DNA of 64,000 nucleotides from a virus (lineage: Duplodnaviria; Caudoviricetes). The stretch spans positions 128,001 to 192,000 of IMG/VR virus record IMGVR_UViG_3300015214_000001; one strand, written 5' to 3'. Positions within the stretch are counted from its first letter, which is position 1. The number at the start of each line of letters is the position of its first letter. Under the pieces are notes generated by a model. The model was not told the DNA's origin and made no database searches. It saw only the letters and a program-made list of their open reading frames with translations. Both the position numbers and the translations under genes were made by a program. This document shows positions 20,832-31,087 of this stretch, piece after piece.

Positions 20832-21692
20832 TTAAGAAACGTTCGGGTTTTCACCTACCATAGAAAGGTAGTCAATACTTCCCTCAACTTCACCCGCCGC
20901 TAATGTGTGCAATGAACCCCACGGGGTTATTTGTACATTTAAGGCGATGGCTTCTTCGATTATATGGATTAAGCGATTGCCAACATAGAACAAAGCATCG
21001 CCAGTAGGTGTGATAACAATCCCTAATTGCGTCCAAACATTAAGTTCAACAGGAATACCTGTATCATATGCTTGATTAAAGCCATTTCTTGCGGTGTTTA
21101 AAACCCAATTAGGACTCGCTTCATTTGGATCGAAAGCGAATATTGTCGCATTATCAGCCACAGATGTGACTGCATCAACAGAGTGATCTGAGAATGCAAA
21201 CCCGTCAGTCATAGTAACGTAGTCAGCGATGCCGAACTCAAACACCACATCAGCTAAAGCACCAACCTTGACGTTTGTATTAAAGTAGATATAACCAGCA
21301 TCATTGAATGCGCCAGTGTACCAATTTAAACCCGCTGCAATTGAGACATAATCATCTGCATCTGGGCCAGCTACTAACTTTAATACCCCGCCAGGCTCAC
21401 CCGACAATGTAGCCGCGCTATCATCACCAACCGTTTGACCAAAACCACCTGGATTGACACTAGGTGAATTAACAATAAAGTGGTCAAATAATGCGACATG
21501 GTTTGGTGAACCCAATGCCAATGCAGTTAAACCGCCTTGCCACGGCACAAAAGTTGGGATGCCAGCGCGTGCGCCAAAGACGAATGCTTCGTTGTTAGCG
21601 TCATTTGCGCCAATTTGCCTTTGAGCGATATTAGAGTTATTTTGTTGCCAATATTTTAAATCATTTGTTGCCATAATGCCCTCGCTTGTCAT
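20832..21692 (-). CDS. Putative virion beta-sandwich protein (paralog of 40472..41407)
   Basis: FDHF...IYFNTNVKV..LADVVFEFG...ALFYV...IDY pattern shared with 40472..41407. Confidence 0.6.
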   Translation of the reverse strand: MTSEGIMATNDLKYWQQNNSNIAQRQIGANDANNEAFVFGARAGIPTFVPWQGGLTALALGSPNHVALFDHFIVNSPSVNPGGFGQTVGDDSAATLSGEPGGVLKLVAGPDADDYVSIAAGLNWYTGAFNDAGYIYFNTNVKVGALADVVFEFGIADYVTMTDGFAFSDHSVDAVTSVADNATIFAFDPNEASPNWVLNTARNGFNQAYDTGIPVELNVWTQLGIVITPTGDALFYVGNRLIHIIEEAIALNVQITPWGSLHTLAAGEVEGSIDYLSMVGENPNVS

Positions 21693-21863
21693 GTCACCTT
21701 ATTTAAATTGCCTTGACCGCAACCCATACGCGGCGGGTATTGCATCGTCAAGGCAAAAATAAAAAGATATAGTTTGCGTTTTTGTGTTTTTGTGTAATTA
21801 TCTGTGCTTGTTTAATATGGAATTGCAGTCGCCTTCTTAAATTTTAACGACTGCAACAACACA

Positions 21864-22328
21864 TTAGTATGCAACAAACACCGCGACTTGTTCGTTATAG
21901 GTTTCATCCTGACCGTATTCGCCTGGGTTTCTTAACTCATGGTTAACCACAGATAAGCCCCAAACAGCAGTGCCACTAGAGAAAACAACACGCGCCTGAA
22001 CATACTTATAGCCTTGAGCATCAATGAATGCACCAGGTGCAATTTCAATTGATTTCCATGCGCCGTCATTAGTCTCATCAACTACAAACGCAGCCTCAGT
22101 AATCACCCTTGCATCAGTTCCAGTTGCATCTTTAGCTTGCCATAACTGTACAGCGACAGTTTGCCCTGTTGTTAATTGGTCAAACCAGAACAAGAAAACC
22201 GATCTATTTGCGTTGCCATGAACGCCACCAGTTGCAAAGGGGGATAACCAAGGGCTATTCAGTGAACCTTGAGCGATTGGTTTGATTAAAGAACGCAATT
22301 TATTACTACCGTCCCAATTGTGTGCCAT
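21864..22328 (-). CDS. Putative capsid accessory/decoration protein
   Basis: 154 aa directly after capsid gene; QA.DATGTDA..I and YKYVQARV motifs. Confidence 0.55.
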   Translation of the reverse strand: MAHNWDGSNKLRSLIKPIAQGSLNSPWLSPFATGGVHGNANRSVFLFWFDQLTTGQTVAVQLWQAKDATGTDARVITEAAFVVDETNDGAWKSIEIAPGAFIDAQGYKYVQARVVFSSGTAVWGLSVVNHELRNPGEYGQDETYNEQVAVFVAY

Positions 22329-22367
22329 TATATTTTAACTCCTATAGACAGTTGTTGATAAGATGAT

Positions 22368-22389
22368 AGTGGGGCTTTTACACCCCACT
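22368..22389 (-). terminator. Hairpin after capsid gene
   Basis: AGTGGGG-cttttaca-CCCCACT; weak U-tract. Confidence 0.45.
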
Positions 22390-22395
22390 GGTTAA

Positions 22396-25380
22396 CTAGT
22401 TCATGCCGATTTTCAAGACTTTCAACGCGGCTGGTTGCCAGACTTGACCGCCGACACGCGCACGAGCAAGGAACAACACTTGATTTCTCATTGCATAGTA
22501 GCTGTCATCGAAGCGTTGGATAGAGAATTCAACGCGCTTGCCAATTAAATAACCTCTTTGCAAGTCACCGAAGATAATCGGGAAGTTGCCTTCTACTGCG
22601 TCATCAGCCCATTCATTGTACACAATAGGGCGACCATATAAGAGTTCAGGCATTTGATGGCCATACATGCCGCTGTTGCGATCAAAGAATAAAGGATCGC
22701 CATTAGCATTCTTTAATTCCATCAATTGACGACCAGTATCTTGGCTCATGTACCACTTTGCATTTTTTCTATAACCCGCTGGTAAATGCTGGTACATCCT
22801 GACTAGCGCATCAGTGTTGGTCAACCCATAAATACTGCCTGATGGAACATAACCGCCGACTGTAGCAGTGCCTAGTGACTCATGACCAGTAACTTGCTCG
22901 TTAGTAACAATACCTTGAGGTTTACCTTGCCCATCACCACTCCAGACAAAAGTGTCATAATCGACTGCCATAGCTTCCGCAAACGTTTGACTAATGTAGT
23001 CTTGCGTGTTGAAGCTCGCGTCCTCTAGCATGTTATTTGACACAACGTCATGTAACATTGCTAAGTGGATAGGAAGTTTCAACTGCGAAAACGTGCTGGA
23101 TTCTGTGCTATGAACTAATGTTGGATCAGCAACTTGCTCATCGCCTGGCCAGCGAACAACAGCGCTACCAGCACGACGCGCATCAGTAGTGATAACATTA
23201 GGCTGGATTAACGTATCGGACGTTGTAGTACGAGTGCGACATTCTGCTGCCATCGCGGTAGCAGCCATGATGTTGGTATTCAACTCATCTGCCCAATCGG
23301 GAGGAACAGCAAAACCACCAGATGGATCAACGCTACCAAAATAGCCCTTAACTGCTGGATCGCCTAACCAAGAAGTACCACGAACATCAGAGTTATTCAT
23401 TGTGCCTTTAGCGTATAAAATACGCTTTTCTGTTTCGCTCATGGGGTTTAATCCACCGCGCATCCATGATTTAAACGCACGAGTATAAGCGCCTTCACGG
23501 TCTGCCTCATCCGTGATACTTCCAATTCTTGAGAACCCACCGCGCTGATTTGGAGCTTCTGCTTGTTCAGCTTTAATTGCGCGTTGTCTCCAATATTCAG
23601 CGCTATTTGTGTCAACGCTTTTAGCAGCTTTAGCACGATAACGCTTTTCGCCTAATACATCGCTCAAGATGGCTTCATCTTCATCAGACGCAAACCCTTC
23701 TTGTTGCTTTAAGCGTTTCAACGTCTTGCGGTAAGCAGCGCGACGCACAGAAGCGATAGCTTCATCTTCATCGTCACTTCTATAGCCGCCATAAGATGCA
23801 ACAGCTTCTTCGAGATCATCTTCATCAAAATCTTCTTCGTCGTCAAAATCTTCTTCAATCACGTCAATATCCTCATCACGCCATGCACGCCTTTGTGCAT
23901 TCTTGCGACGCATTGCGGCACGCTTAGAAGCAAGATTTTCAACATCTTCCACTGTAGCGCCGTCAATTTCAATGTCAGCTGGTTCAATGACATCTGTTTG
24001 TGTTTTACGACGTAACGCAGAGCGCTTTCCATTCGCATATGCTTTTTCAGCAATCAGTTCAACTAATGCGGCATCATCTGTGCGAGCAGCTTCATTGTCA
24101 TAGCGTAATTCTTCAATTTCGCTACGTAATGCAGATTGGTCATTACGAATTTCATCCAGTGAAGTCAAGATTGCCTCATTAACATCAGCGTTTCTGCGTG
24201 CATAACCACGTCTTGACCTACCATAGCGTTTTTCACTGGCAAAATCGCCTAATGGTTCTTCATCCCCAACGCCACCGATAGTAGATTCGTAATCCCCCTC
24301 AATAGTCGCTTCTAAGTCATTTGTCGCAGGAGCTAATTGCTTTGCGCGTCTCAACGCTTTTTGGCGAATTGCGCGGTAATACTTGTTGAATTCTTCGTCA
24401 AATTCTTCTTCCAGATCAACATCTTTTGAACGTGAAACGCTACGGAAGCGACGAACCATTTCTTTTTCAGCTAAATCAGATGCCAGCGCTTCGATTTCTT
24501 CTTCTACTTCAACTGACATGATTGCTTCTAATTCTTGCGCTTCTTGATTTTTCCTACTACGTGCTGAACGATTAATCTTCATTACAGAACTCTCCTGTGT
24601 CATTTCATCTTCAAGGCCAGCTAATGTTTCCTCATTCTCGGATTGCATTTTTGCCAGCGTTTCGTTAATTGTTTCTTGATAAGCATCTTTAGTAGGCCGA
24701 TGCGGGCCTGTTCTTTTAGAAGATTTACTGTCCTGTACTCTAACCCTATTCTCGAGTCCTCTTACAAAGTCAATATCTTCTTTAAGTACCGATTTAAAGG
24801 CGCGATATGATACTGATGGAACAAATGTTCTATTAGATTTCATCGCACGCACAGCCGTCTTACTAGGCTGTGCTGGTGTAGGGGTAATACTTCCCTCAAT
24901 TAATGGCCATACGGCAATTTCGCCACTATCTGCGATTTTAACAAGGTGATCGACACTTCCTGAACTCCATCCGAAATCAGCAGATTTAACCATGTCATAC
25001 ACAGCCCGAGAATACCTATCTCTTAAATCTAGCTGTGCAGTAACCCACAAACCCAACTCATCAGTTACTACAGACTTGATCTTGCCAATCTTTCGTAACC
25101 CCGCCTCACCATCTAAGCCATGATGATACAAGACTGGTCTTTCTACAAACCAATCAAGGCAAAACTCGGTATTAGGGGTGAAATATTCGCCTTGCAAATC
25201 TGTGTCTTGAGGCGAACCCCACGAAACAAGATACCCTTCTACGAAGCCATAATTGCCATCTTCTGATACATATGACTTAATTGCCTTTGTATCACCCGAT
25301 TTATGTATCAAATTTGCTTGGATTGTTTGCATGTTATCTTTAGTCTTGTTATTTTCAGTCATTATGATATGCTCATGCAA
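22396..25380 (-). CDS. Prohead protease-scaffold-major capsid protein fusion (HK97 fold)
   Basis: N-term VEGY..DLQGEYF...LYHHG...GLWV...GWSSGS...E.SITPTPA (HK97-type protease); charged low-complexity middle; C-term GGFAVP, GDGQGKPQGI, LYGRPIV, IIFGD, RVGGQV..P.A (HK97 capsid). Confidence 0.9.
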   Translation of the reverse strand: MHEHIIMTENNKTKDNMQTIQANLIHKSGDTKAIKSYVSEDGNYGFVEGYLVSWGSPQDTDLQGEYFTPNTEFCLDWFVERPVLYHHGLDGEAGLRKIGKIKSVVTDELGLWVTAQLDLRDRYSRAVYDMVKSADFGWSSGSVDHLVKIADSGEIAVWPLIEGSITPTPAQPSKTAVRAMKSNRTFVPSVSYRAFKSVLKEDIDFVRGLENRVRVQDSKSSKRTGPHRPTKDAYQETINETLAKMQSENEETLAGLEDEMTQESSVMKINRSARSRKNQEAQELEAIMSVEVEEEIEALASDLAEKEMVRRFRSVSRSKDVDLEEEFDEEFNKYYRAIRQKALRRAKQLAPATNDLEATIEGDYESTIGGVGDEEPLGDFASEKRYGRSRRGYARRNADVNEAILTSLDEIRNDQSALRSEIEELRYDNEAARTDDAALVELIAEKAYANGKRSALRRKTQTDVIEPADIEIDGATVEDVENLASKRAAMRRKNAQRRAWRDEDIDVIEEDFDDEEDFDEDDLEEAVASYGGYRSDDEDEAIASVRRAAYRKTLKRLKQQEGFASDEDEAILSDVLGEKRYRAKAAKSVDTNSAEYWRQRAIKAEQAEAPNQRGGFSRIGSITDEADREGAYTRAFKSWMRGGLNPMSETEKRILYAKGTMNNSDVRGTSWLGDPAVKGYFGSVDPSGGFAVPPDWADELNTNIMAATAMAAECRTRTTTSDTLIQPNVITTDARRAGSAVVRWPGDEQVADPTLVHSTESSTFSQLKLPIHLAMLHDVVSNNMLEDASFNTQDYISQTFAEAMAVDYDTFVWSGDGQGKPQGIVTNEQVTGHESLGTATVGGYVPSGSIYGLTNTDALVRMYQHLPAGYRKNAKWYMSQDTGRQLMELKNANGDPLFFDRNSGMYGHQMPELLYGRPIVYNEWADDAVEGNFPIIFGDLQRGYLIGKRVEFSIQRFDDSYYAMRNQVLFLARARVGGQVWQPAALKVLKIGMN

Positions 25381-25471
25381 ATTCCTACCTAATAAATAAT
25401 TGATAACTTATGAGATAAACTATGGTTAAAATAATGTTTAATCTCAATAAAATTTATTCTAACACACTTTT

Positions 25472-25771
25472 TTAACCTTTTTTCAATGTTTTAGAAGGTT
25501 TCACATTGCGATATTTGCGCTTATTACATGGTATATTTAAAGATTTCTCTATGTGTCTTATCATCTGCAATGTAGATAGCCGTCTTTGTTCAGCATTTTT
25601 CTTGATTGCATCAACTAATGCTGGATCGCTTTTATCCCCTTCTGATGACAAATAAGCTGTAAGTGTTTCGTCAGCGCGTACACTTTGAAGTAAGGCGCGA
25701 CGTAATAACATATATGTATCTTTATGCTGTTGATCTAAAGGCAACATAATTATCCTCTTTAGCGAAACCAT
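25472..25771 (-). CDS. Hypothetical protein
   Basis: 99-aa ORF in head module. Confidence 0.5.
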   Translation of the reverse strand: MVSLKRIIMLPLDQQHKDTYMLLRRALLQSVRADETLTAYLSSEGDKSDPALVDAIKKNAEQRRLSTLQMIRHIEKSLNIPCNKRKYRNVKPSKTLKKG

Positions 25772-26319
25772 TCACGGATTGTCGCGTTTACTTTTTTCTC
25801 GGCTCGCGCTATATATTTTTGGACTGGGATATAAGCAGGTTGGTAGCCAGTAATCTTATTAAATTCTTGAATATCGCGGGTATATCGCCTAATAGAGCTT
25901 TGGCTTTTACCTAGTCCGATTAAACCAACCACATATTTTGACGATTCGCTCGTGTTTTCAATTTTTATTGACACGCGACCGTCTCTAACCTTTATTTTAT
26001 ATTCATAACTATCAACAATTTCATTTGTCTGTTCATATGGAACGCCATCCGATAAAATTGCCCACCAAACATACCTTCGTTGCTTCTCAGTTGTGTATTC
26101 AATAGGATATTGGTCTGGATACATGCGCTTTGGCGGTTGCTTCTTTAATTCACGTATCATGGGTCGCACATAGAATACTTCAACGTGTCGGCTTAACTTC
26201 CTCAATCGCCTATTTCTTTCTGTCACACTGATAGAACCTAAATTTGATAGGTTCTTTAGTGATCGCTGTAACGCTTGGGGATTTCTAAAATCAATAAGTA
26301 TCCTGTGTGCAGCCATCAC
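25759..26319 (-). CDS. Putative neck/morphogenesis protein
   Basis: Basic 186 aa; (S/T)EKQRRY, YEQT..I, I.N...SKYV pattern seen in phage morphogenesis proteins. Confidence 0.45.
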   Translation of the reverse strand: MMAAHRILIDFRNPQALQRSLKNLSNLGSISVTERNRRLRKLSRHVEVFYVRPMIRELKKQPPKRMYPDQYPIEYTTEKQRRYVWWAILSDGVPYEQTNEIVDSYEYKIKVRDGRVSIKIENTSESSKYVVGLIGLGKSQSSIRRYTRDIQEFNKITGYQPAYIPVQKYIARAEKKVNATIREWFR

Positions 26320-27458
26320 TTATCCAACCGTTTTATATCTGTAGTATGAAATTCCCTAGTGCTACCATCATTGAATACAACCTTATATAGCGGTCTGTTG
26401 CTTTTACTATCGCGCCTCATACCAATAACTCTGCCATTGCGTTTATCTGATGACTTAACCATATCTCCGAGTTTAAAACGATAGCTAGGCAAAATCACCG
26501 TAGATGGTTTTTGTTTATGTTCTTCAATCGACTTGGTACGTGTTTCTTGTAAGTTGACATTCTTCTTTTGCCAATAACCGCGTAAAGCATCTAAAACAAT
26601 TACTGAATCGCTTTTTTGCATTGCAAGATTTTTCCAACTTGCAATTGTATCTGGATATTCTTTACTTAAAATATCATTGATCCCTTCAATAGCTTTTGAA
26701 ACAGATTCGATGTCAAATTGATCTGCTTCAACTTTTTCCAAGTCAGACTTACATAGCTTAAGCAATTTAATAATTGTGTTCAATTCAGGTATCAAACCGC
26801 GATTAATAGTCGCCTTTAACTTATCAATCGCTTTATTTGTAAAGGTTAAGATGTTATTTCCCGACTTTAATTGTTTGTTGATATTATATACATCAGGAAT
26901 AAATGCAGATTTTCGCTCATCATCATATGCTTGCTTATCTAACAGCCTAGCTACTTCATTTTTCCACTCCCGTTTTAAATGAAGTAATTGAGGCAGAATT
27001 TCATCATATATAGATTTAGAAAATACAATAAGTTGATCGCCTAAAGTATTTGCATATATAGCAGGGTCAACATCTGTTCCGTCGCTGGATTCCCATGCAA
27101 TAATGTTGTTTTTAAAATCTTCATTGTGTTGCAATAAATTAGCGCAATTAGTTAATCTTGCTAATCTTTGCTCTAATTTCTCTAGTCTAGGTGACATAGG
27201 ATTCGGTATGTGATTGCTGATAGTCCCAAATGGCATATGAGGGTGGTATTGGCTATTTAAAACAATAGCTAGATCATCAACAAACCTTTCAAAAGGGCAA
27301 CCTAAGTAAACAGGCATTCCATCAATATCTTCTACTGTAGACTTCGAGCTTGATAATACTTTCCCAGTGCTATGTAGACCATTTGCCCATGACTGCACAT
27401 CTCTAATGGCGCTATCTAATAAATCTATTTGCGTGTTTGAATTGTCACTAATGCTCAT
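26316..27458 (-). CDS. Hypothetical head-module protein with C-terminal KOW/SH3-like domain
   Basis: 380 aa helical, KS/KA-rich; FKLGDMV....GRVI.....YKVVFNDG at C-terminus. Confidence 0.55.
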   Translation of the reverse strand: MSISDNSNTQIDLLDSAIRDVQSWANGLHSTGKVLSSSKSTVEDIDGMPVYLGCPFERFVDDLAIVLNSQYHPHMPFGTISNHIPNPMSPRLEKLEQRLARLTNCANLLQHNEDFKNNIIAWESSDGTDVDPAIYANTLGDQLIVFSKSIYDEILPQLLHLKREWKNEVARLLDKQAYDDERKSAFIPDVYNINKQLKSGNNILTFTNKAIDKLKATINRGLIPELNTIIKLLKLCKSDLEKVEADQFDIESVSKAIEGINDILSKEYPDTIASWKNLAMQKSDSVIVLDALRGYWQKKNVNLQETRTKSIEEHKQKPSTVILPSYRFKLGDMVKSSDKRNGRVIGMRRDSKSNRPLYKVVFNDGSTREFHTTDIKRLDK

Positions 27459-27459
27459 A

Positions 27460-30400
27460 TTAACCTCCTAACAGGTCTTGTTTTATCTTTGCAAATATGC
27501 CTTCAATATCTGGGGCGCTTTCGACCAATGCCGACTTCACTTTATCAGCTAATACCTCGTCTATATGAAGTGTCTCAAAGCGTAAACCCTTGTTAATGCC
27601 ATGTTTCAGCGTTGCTTTACGCCACTTGTTCAGTTCGGCAAGTGCTTTTCGAGTTGTCTCAACATCTTTAATATCAAAAAGTCTTATTTGTCCATCATAC
27701 TTGCCACTTGATATATTATCTTTGATTCGTTGCTCGCTCGATGAAACATCGTTAACAAATTCTAGCAAATCTGCTTGCATTGGTGGCGGCAATTGATTTA
27801 CATCAAAGCCTTGCTGATCTTGGATGTATCGGCTTAGTTTATGGAGGAGATTACTTCGTTCATACCCAATATAAAGCGCGTTCAGTTCTCTTTTTTCAAC
27901 ATCGCTCATCCACTTTTCAGACATATCTTTAACATCATCTTTAACAAATGATTTGCCACTATAATCCTCAAGCATAGTTAAAAATGGGACTTCATTTACA
28001 ACTTCATAATCCCCCCTGCTGACATATAACCCCATAGGACGAATAACCATCGGTGTTTCATGTCGCCTTACAAATGTATTTGGCGGGGCATATGCTAATG
28101 TAATATGTGGTGTAAAATTGCTAATTTTGCTATGTTGTGACAATGGTAAATTTAATGCCTGCATCCGCGTGATGACAGATGCTTGTAATGCTTTTAGATC
28201 ATCGGTTAATTCTACCGACGCATATATAACAGTAGCATCTGGGTTATCGAAAATATCAATATGAGACACGTAGATATTTAATGGAACTAATTCACTTGGC
28301 AATAACCCCATTAGGTGTTTCTCTGCATCACCATCAGCACTTAAGGCATACCCAAGTGTTATATGGAATGTGTCAGGTCTTTGCCATTCGATAGCAGTAT
28401 CATCACCTAATTCTGCGCTTAATTGGTCTTGTAGTTCAATCAAGCGTTCTTCATCACCAATCCACAATGATAAATATAGTTCTTGATTTTCTGACGTGCC
28501 GTCAGTTTGAGTTGCTATATTCTCGTAATAACTGCCGTTATCTGTATCAATATCCAACGTTTGTTCATCTAGCCATTCTTCAAACTCATCTGTTACACCT
28601 TCCACTTCATCGGCTACAGGTAGTGCGCTAGATGGCATAATATCTACCTCTCCACCATATAAAGGTGATAATGGCAATGGATCATTATCGCTGTTGTCAA
28701 TGACTAGTGTTTCCTCTGCTGCGCCGATTGGCCCATCAGTTCTAAGTGTTTGATTCCCCAAATAATCATTAAATGTCAATTGGCCGTCTGGTGAACCACC
28801 TAATGTTTTTTCTAAAAGCATATCTAACTCATCATCACGATTGCCTTGATGAGTAAAGCCACTTGGTGGGGTATCTGTTGGCTCAAGAGTTTCATCTGGA
28901 ATAGCGCGAACGCCATCATTGGCTTCTTCGATATTATCTTTAGACATCAATTCTTGAGCATAAGCATCATCTAACACATTAGCCACGCGCTTATATCCTG
29001 TTGTGGTATTATCTACAGGAATAGATAGTGCATCTTGAACGATGTCGCGCTTTACTAAATCATTATTGTAATACTCTAGTATTCTTTCGACACGTTGAGT
29101 ATCATGGTTCATCAGTTTATCTAACTTGACGCGAACTTCATCCGCATAACCATCAATGATATTGTCATCTGGGGGCAATCCTAGCTCTTGTCTTACTTCA
29201 CTACGTTTTAATATATTACCGCCCCATAATTCCATCACATTGCTGCGCTGTTCACCCACTTCATCTATGTAACCATCAACACCCTTTGGCCCTTCTTCTA
29301 TGTCTAATAGCGAGCGAGCTTCACCACGTTTAATAAGTTTTTCTCGCCATAAATCTTTAACTTGCTCGGCAAAGTCAGCGCCTCGTTCTAATTCTGATTG
29401 ATAACCATCTTCAAACTCTCTACCTTCTGGTACTGGCAAATTTAGTGCGCGTAGTGTCTGCGATTTTAAGGCTAAATCGCTATTCCAAGCATCTAAGGCA
29501 AATTGCTTTGATTGTTCAAGGTCTGAGCGATAGCCATCTGGCATACCAGGAGGCAACTCATGACCAAGCATCCTTAAAACTTCGCTTTTTAAGGCAAGGT
29601 CATTTGCCCATAACCAATCGGCATAAGTTTGTTGGCGCTGTGTAGGTAAATTTCCCGATGAGACAATCCTATCTAAAGGGGTTAATACACCGTCGTGAAG
29701 ATACCACCCATCAAGCTCTTTGACTGGTGGCATCTTCATCCGCACTCTAGCTTCATTGTAAGCCTGTAATTGACTATCAAAGAGGCTTACTTCAACACCA
29801 GCCCTATCGTCGCGATCAGCATCAAGTTCCGATATTTCACTTAAATCTATGACTAGCCGCATCCCATCGCGCAAGCCAAAGTCTCTAGCTAATGCTTCGA
29901 CGTAGCGTTCAGCTAGGGGGATAACGGTGTCATCCCATGCCCTTTTAATTAAGTCGGCATGTCGATCATGAGAACCACCAGAAGGCGTAACTATCAACTC
30001 CCTATCTAAGCCGATAGTTGTCGCAATGCCTTCTAAGGCTGTATCGTTCAAATCAGGAGCGCCAATCTCGCTGGCGCTAATTCCTACTTGCTCAATGCTT
30101 AATTTTTTATCTGTTACCATAGCACGCAAACTGGCATCCATGCCTTGCCAGTTGTCCTCAAATGCACGCTTTAATTTCAGCACATCCGAGTCTGTCATCA
30201 ACATAGAATCTTCTTCGCCTGATGACACTAAAATAAATGGCATCGCGCCACGAGTAAAATACTCTGCCATCCACTGAGCGATAGCAGAGTTAGCTACTGC
30301 TTCATGGATACAGACAGAAACCAATGATGTTCCACGAACGGGGTTAGCTGGATTCCATCGTGTAACATAAATAAATTCTTTACGTGTTAAGTAGGTTCGG

Positions 30401-31050
30401 TCTTTTAGAATGTCGCTTGTGGTGTTATAGCGATTAACGTTAACGCCATCAATGTCACCATAGATAGTCGTTATGTTCGCATCCCACATCGGCTTATCTA
30501 TCACATAAATACCAGCTACAGCGCCATCCTTGTAAGAATAAATCGGATTGCCTTCTCGATCTGCTATAACAGCGCGATTAGTTTTTACTTTATAGGCGAC
30601 AGAAGCTCCATAGATTGATTCGTTCAGCCAAGTTCTTGACAAATACTCAGCGCCATCTTTGCTGAGTATTTTATTTAAGCGGTCAGTTTCAGGTAAACGC
30701 ACCCATTGACCATCTTTTTCAATCTCAGCGACAATGTTTACACGCCTGATTAAATTCGCAACGCGGTTAATAGCCGCGTGCAAATAGACAGACGTTAAAT
30801 ATGCTGTTAAAACTTGGTTTTCAGAATAACCCAAGTTTCCAGCAGAGGCATTAATAAATGAACTAATGTGAGAGCTAAAAACATCAAAGCTCTTTATAGA
30901 TTGAGACGGGTCTATCAGTTTTATACCCCCGCCGCGATTGTCTGTATTATTCTGGTACAGAGCAGGGGAGTTAGGTTTTGAATAAGGCTTCTGAGAAGGC
31001 TTATTATTATCAAATTGTTGCACCATTGAGGTGATCGCTTTTATAACCAT
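27460..31050 (-). CDS. Portal protein with tandem crown-like repeats and fused 2H phosphoesterase domain
   Basis: N-term portal motifs (VYLHAAINRVA, NP.NPVRG.S, YFTRGAMP, TVIPLA, NEARVRMKMPP); two HxT motifs FHITLGY and PHITLAY near C-terminus. Confidence 0.85.
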   Translation of the reverse strand: MVIKAITSMVQQFDNNKPSQKPYSKPNSPALYQNNTDNRGGGIKLIDPSQSIKSFDVFSSHISSFINASAGNLGYSENQVLTAYLTSVYLHAAINRVANLIRRVNIVAEIEKDGQWVRLPETDRLNKILSKDGAEYLSRTWLNESIYGASVAYKVKTNRAVIADREGNPIYSYKDGAVAGIYVIDKPMWDANITTIYGDIDGVNVNRYNTTSDILKDRTYLTRKEFIYVTRWNPANPVRGTSLVSVCIHEAVANSAIAQWMAEYFTRGAMPFILVSSGEEDSMLMTDSDVLKLKRAFEDNWQGMDASLRAMVTDKKLSIEQVGISASEIGAPDLNDTALEGIATTIGLDRELIVTPSGGSHDRHADLIKRAWDDTVIPLAERYVEALARDFGLRDGMRLVIDLSEISELDADRDDRAGVEVSLFDSQLQAYNEARVRMKMPPVKELDGWYLHDGVLTPLDRIVSSGNLPTQRQQTYADWLWANDLALKSEVLRMLGHELPPGMPDGYRSDLEQSKQFALDAWNSDLALKSQTLRALNLPVPEGREFEDGYQSELERGADFAEQVKDLWREKLIKRGEARSLLDIEEGPKGVDGYIDEVGEQRSNVMELWGGNILKRSEVRQELGLPPDDNIIDGYADEVRVKLDKLMNHDTQRVERILEYYNNDLVKRDIVQDALSIPVDNTTTGYKRVANVLDDAYAQELMSKDNIEEANDGVRAIPDETLEPTDTPPSGFTHQGNRDDELDMLLEKTLGGSPDGQLTFNDYLGNQTLRTDGPIGAAEETLVIDNSDNDPLPLSPLYGGEVDIMPSSALPVADEVEGVTDEFEEWLDEQTLDIDTDNGSYYENIATQTDGTSENQELYLSLWIGDEERLIELQDQLSAELGDDTAIEWQRPDTFHITLGYALSADGDAEKHLMGLLPSELVPLNIYVSHIDIFDNPDATVIYASVELTDDLKALQASVITRMQALNLPLSQHSKISNFTPHITLAYAPPNTFVRRHETPMVIRPMGLYVSRGDYEVVNEVPFLTMLEDYSGKSFVKDDVKDMSEKWMSDVEKRELNALYIGYERSNLLHKLSRYIQDQQGFDVNQLPPPMQADLLEFVNDVSSSEQRIKDNISSGKYDGQIRLFDIKDVETTRKALAELNKWRKATLKHGINKGLRFETLHIDEVLADKVKSALVESAPDIEGIFAKIKQDLLGG

Positions 31051-31087
31051 AAGTCACCTGTGACGTTGAGTAAAAAGAAGGTGAAAC

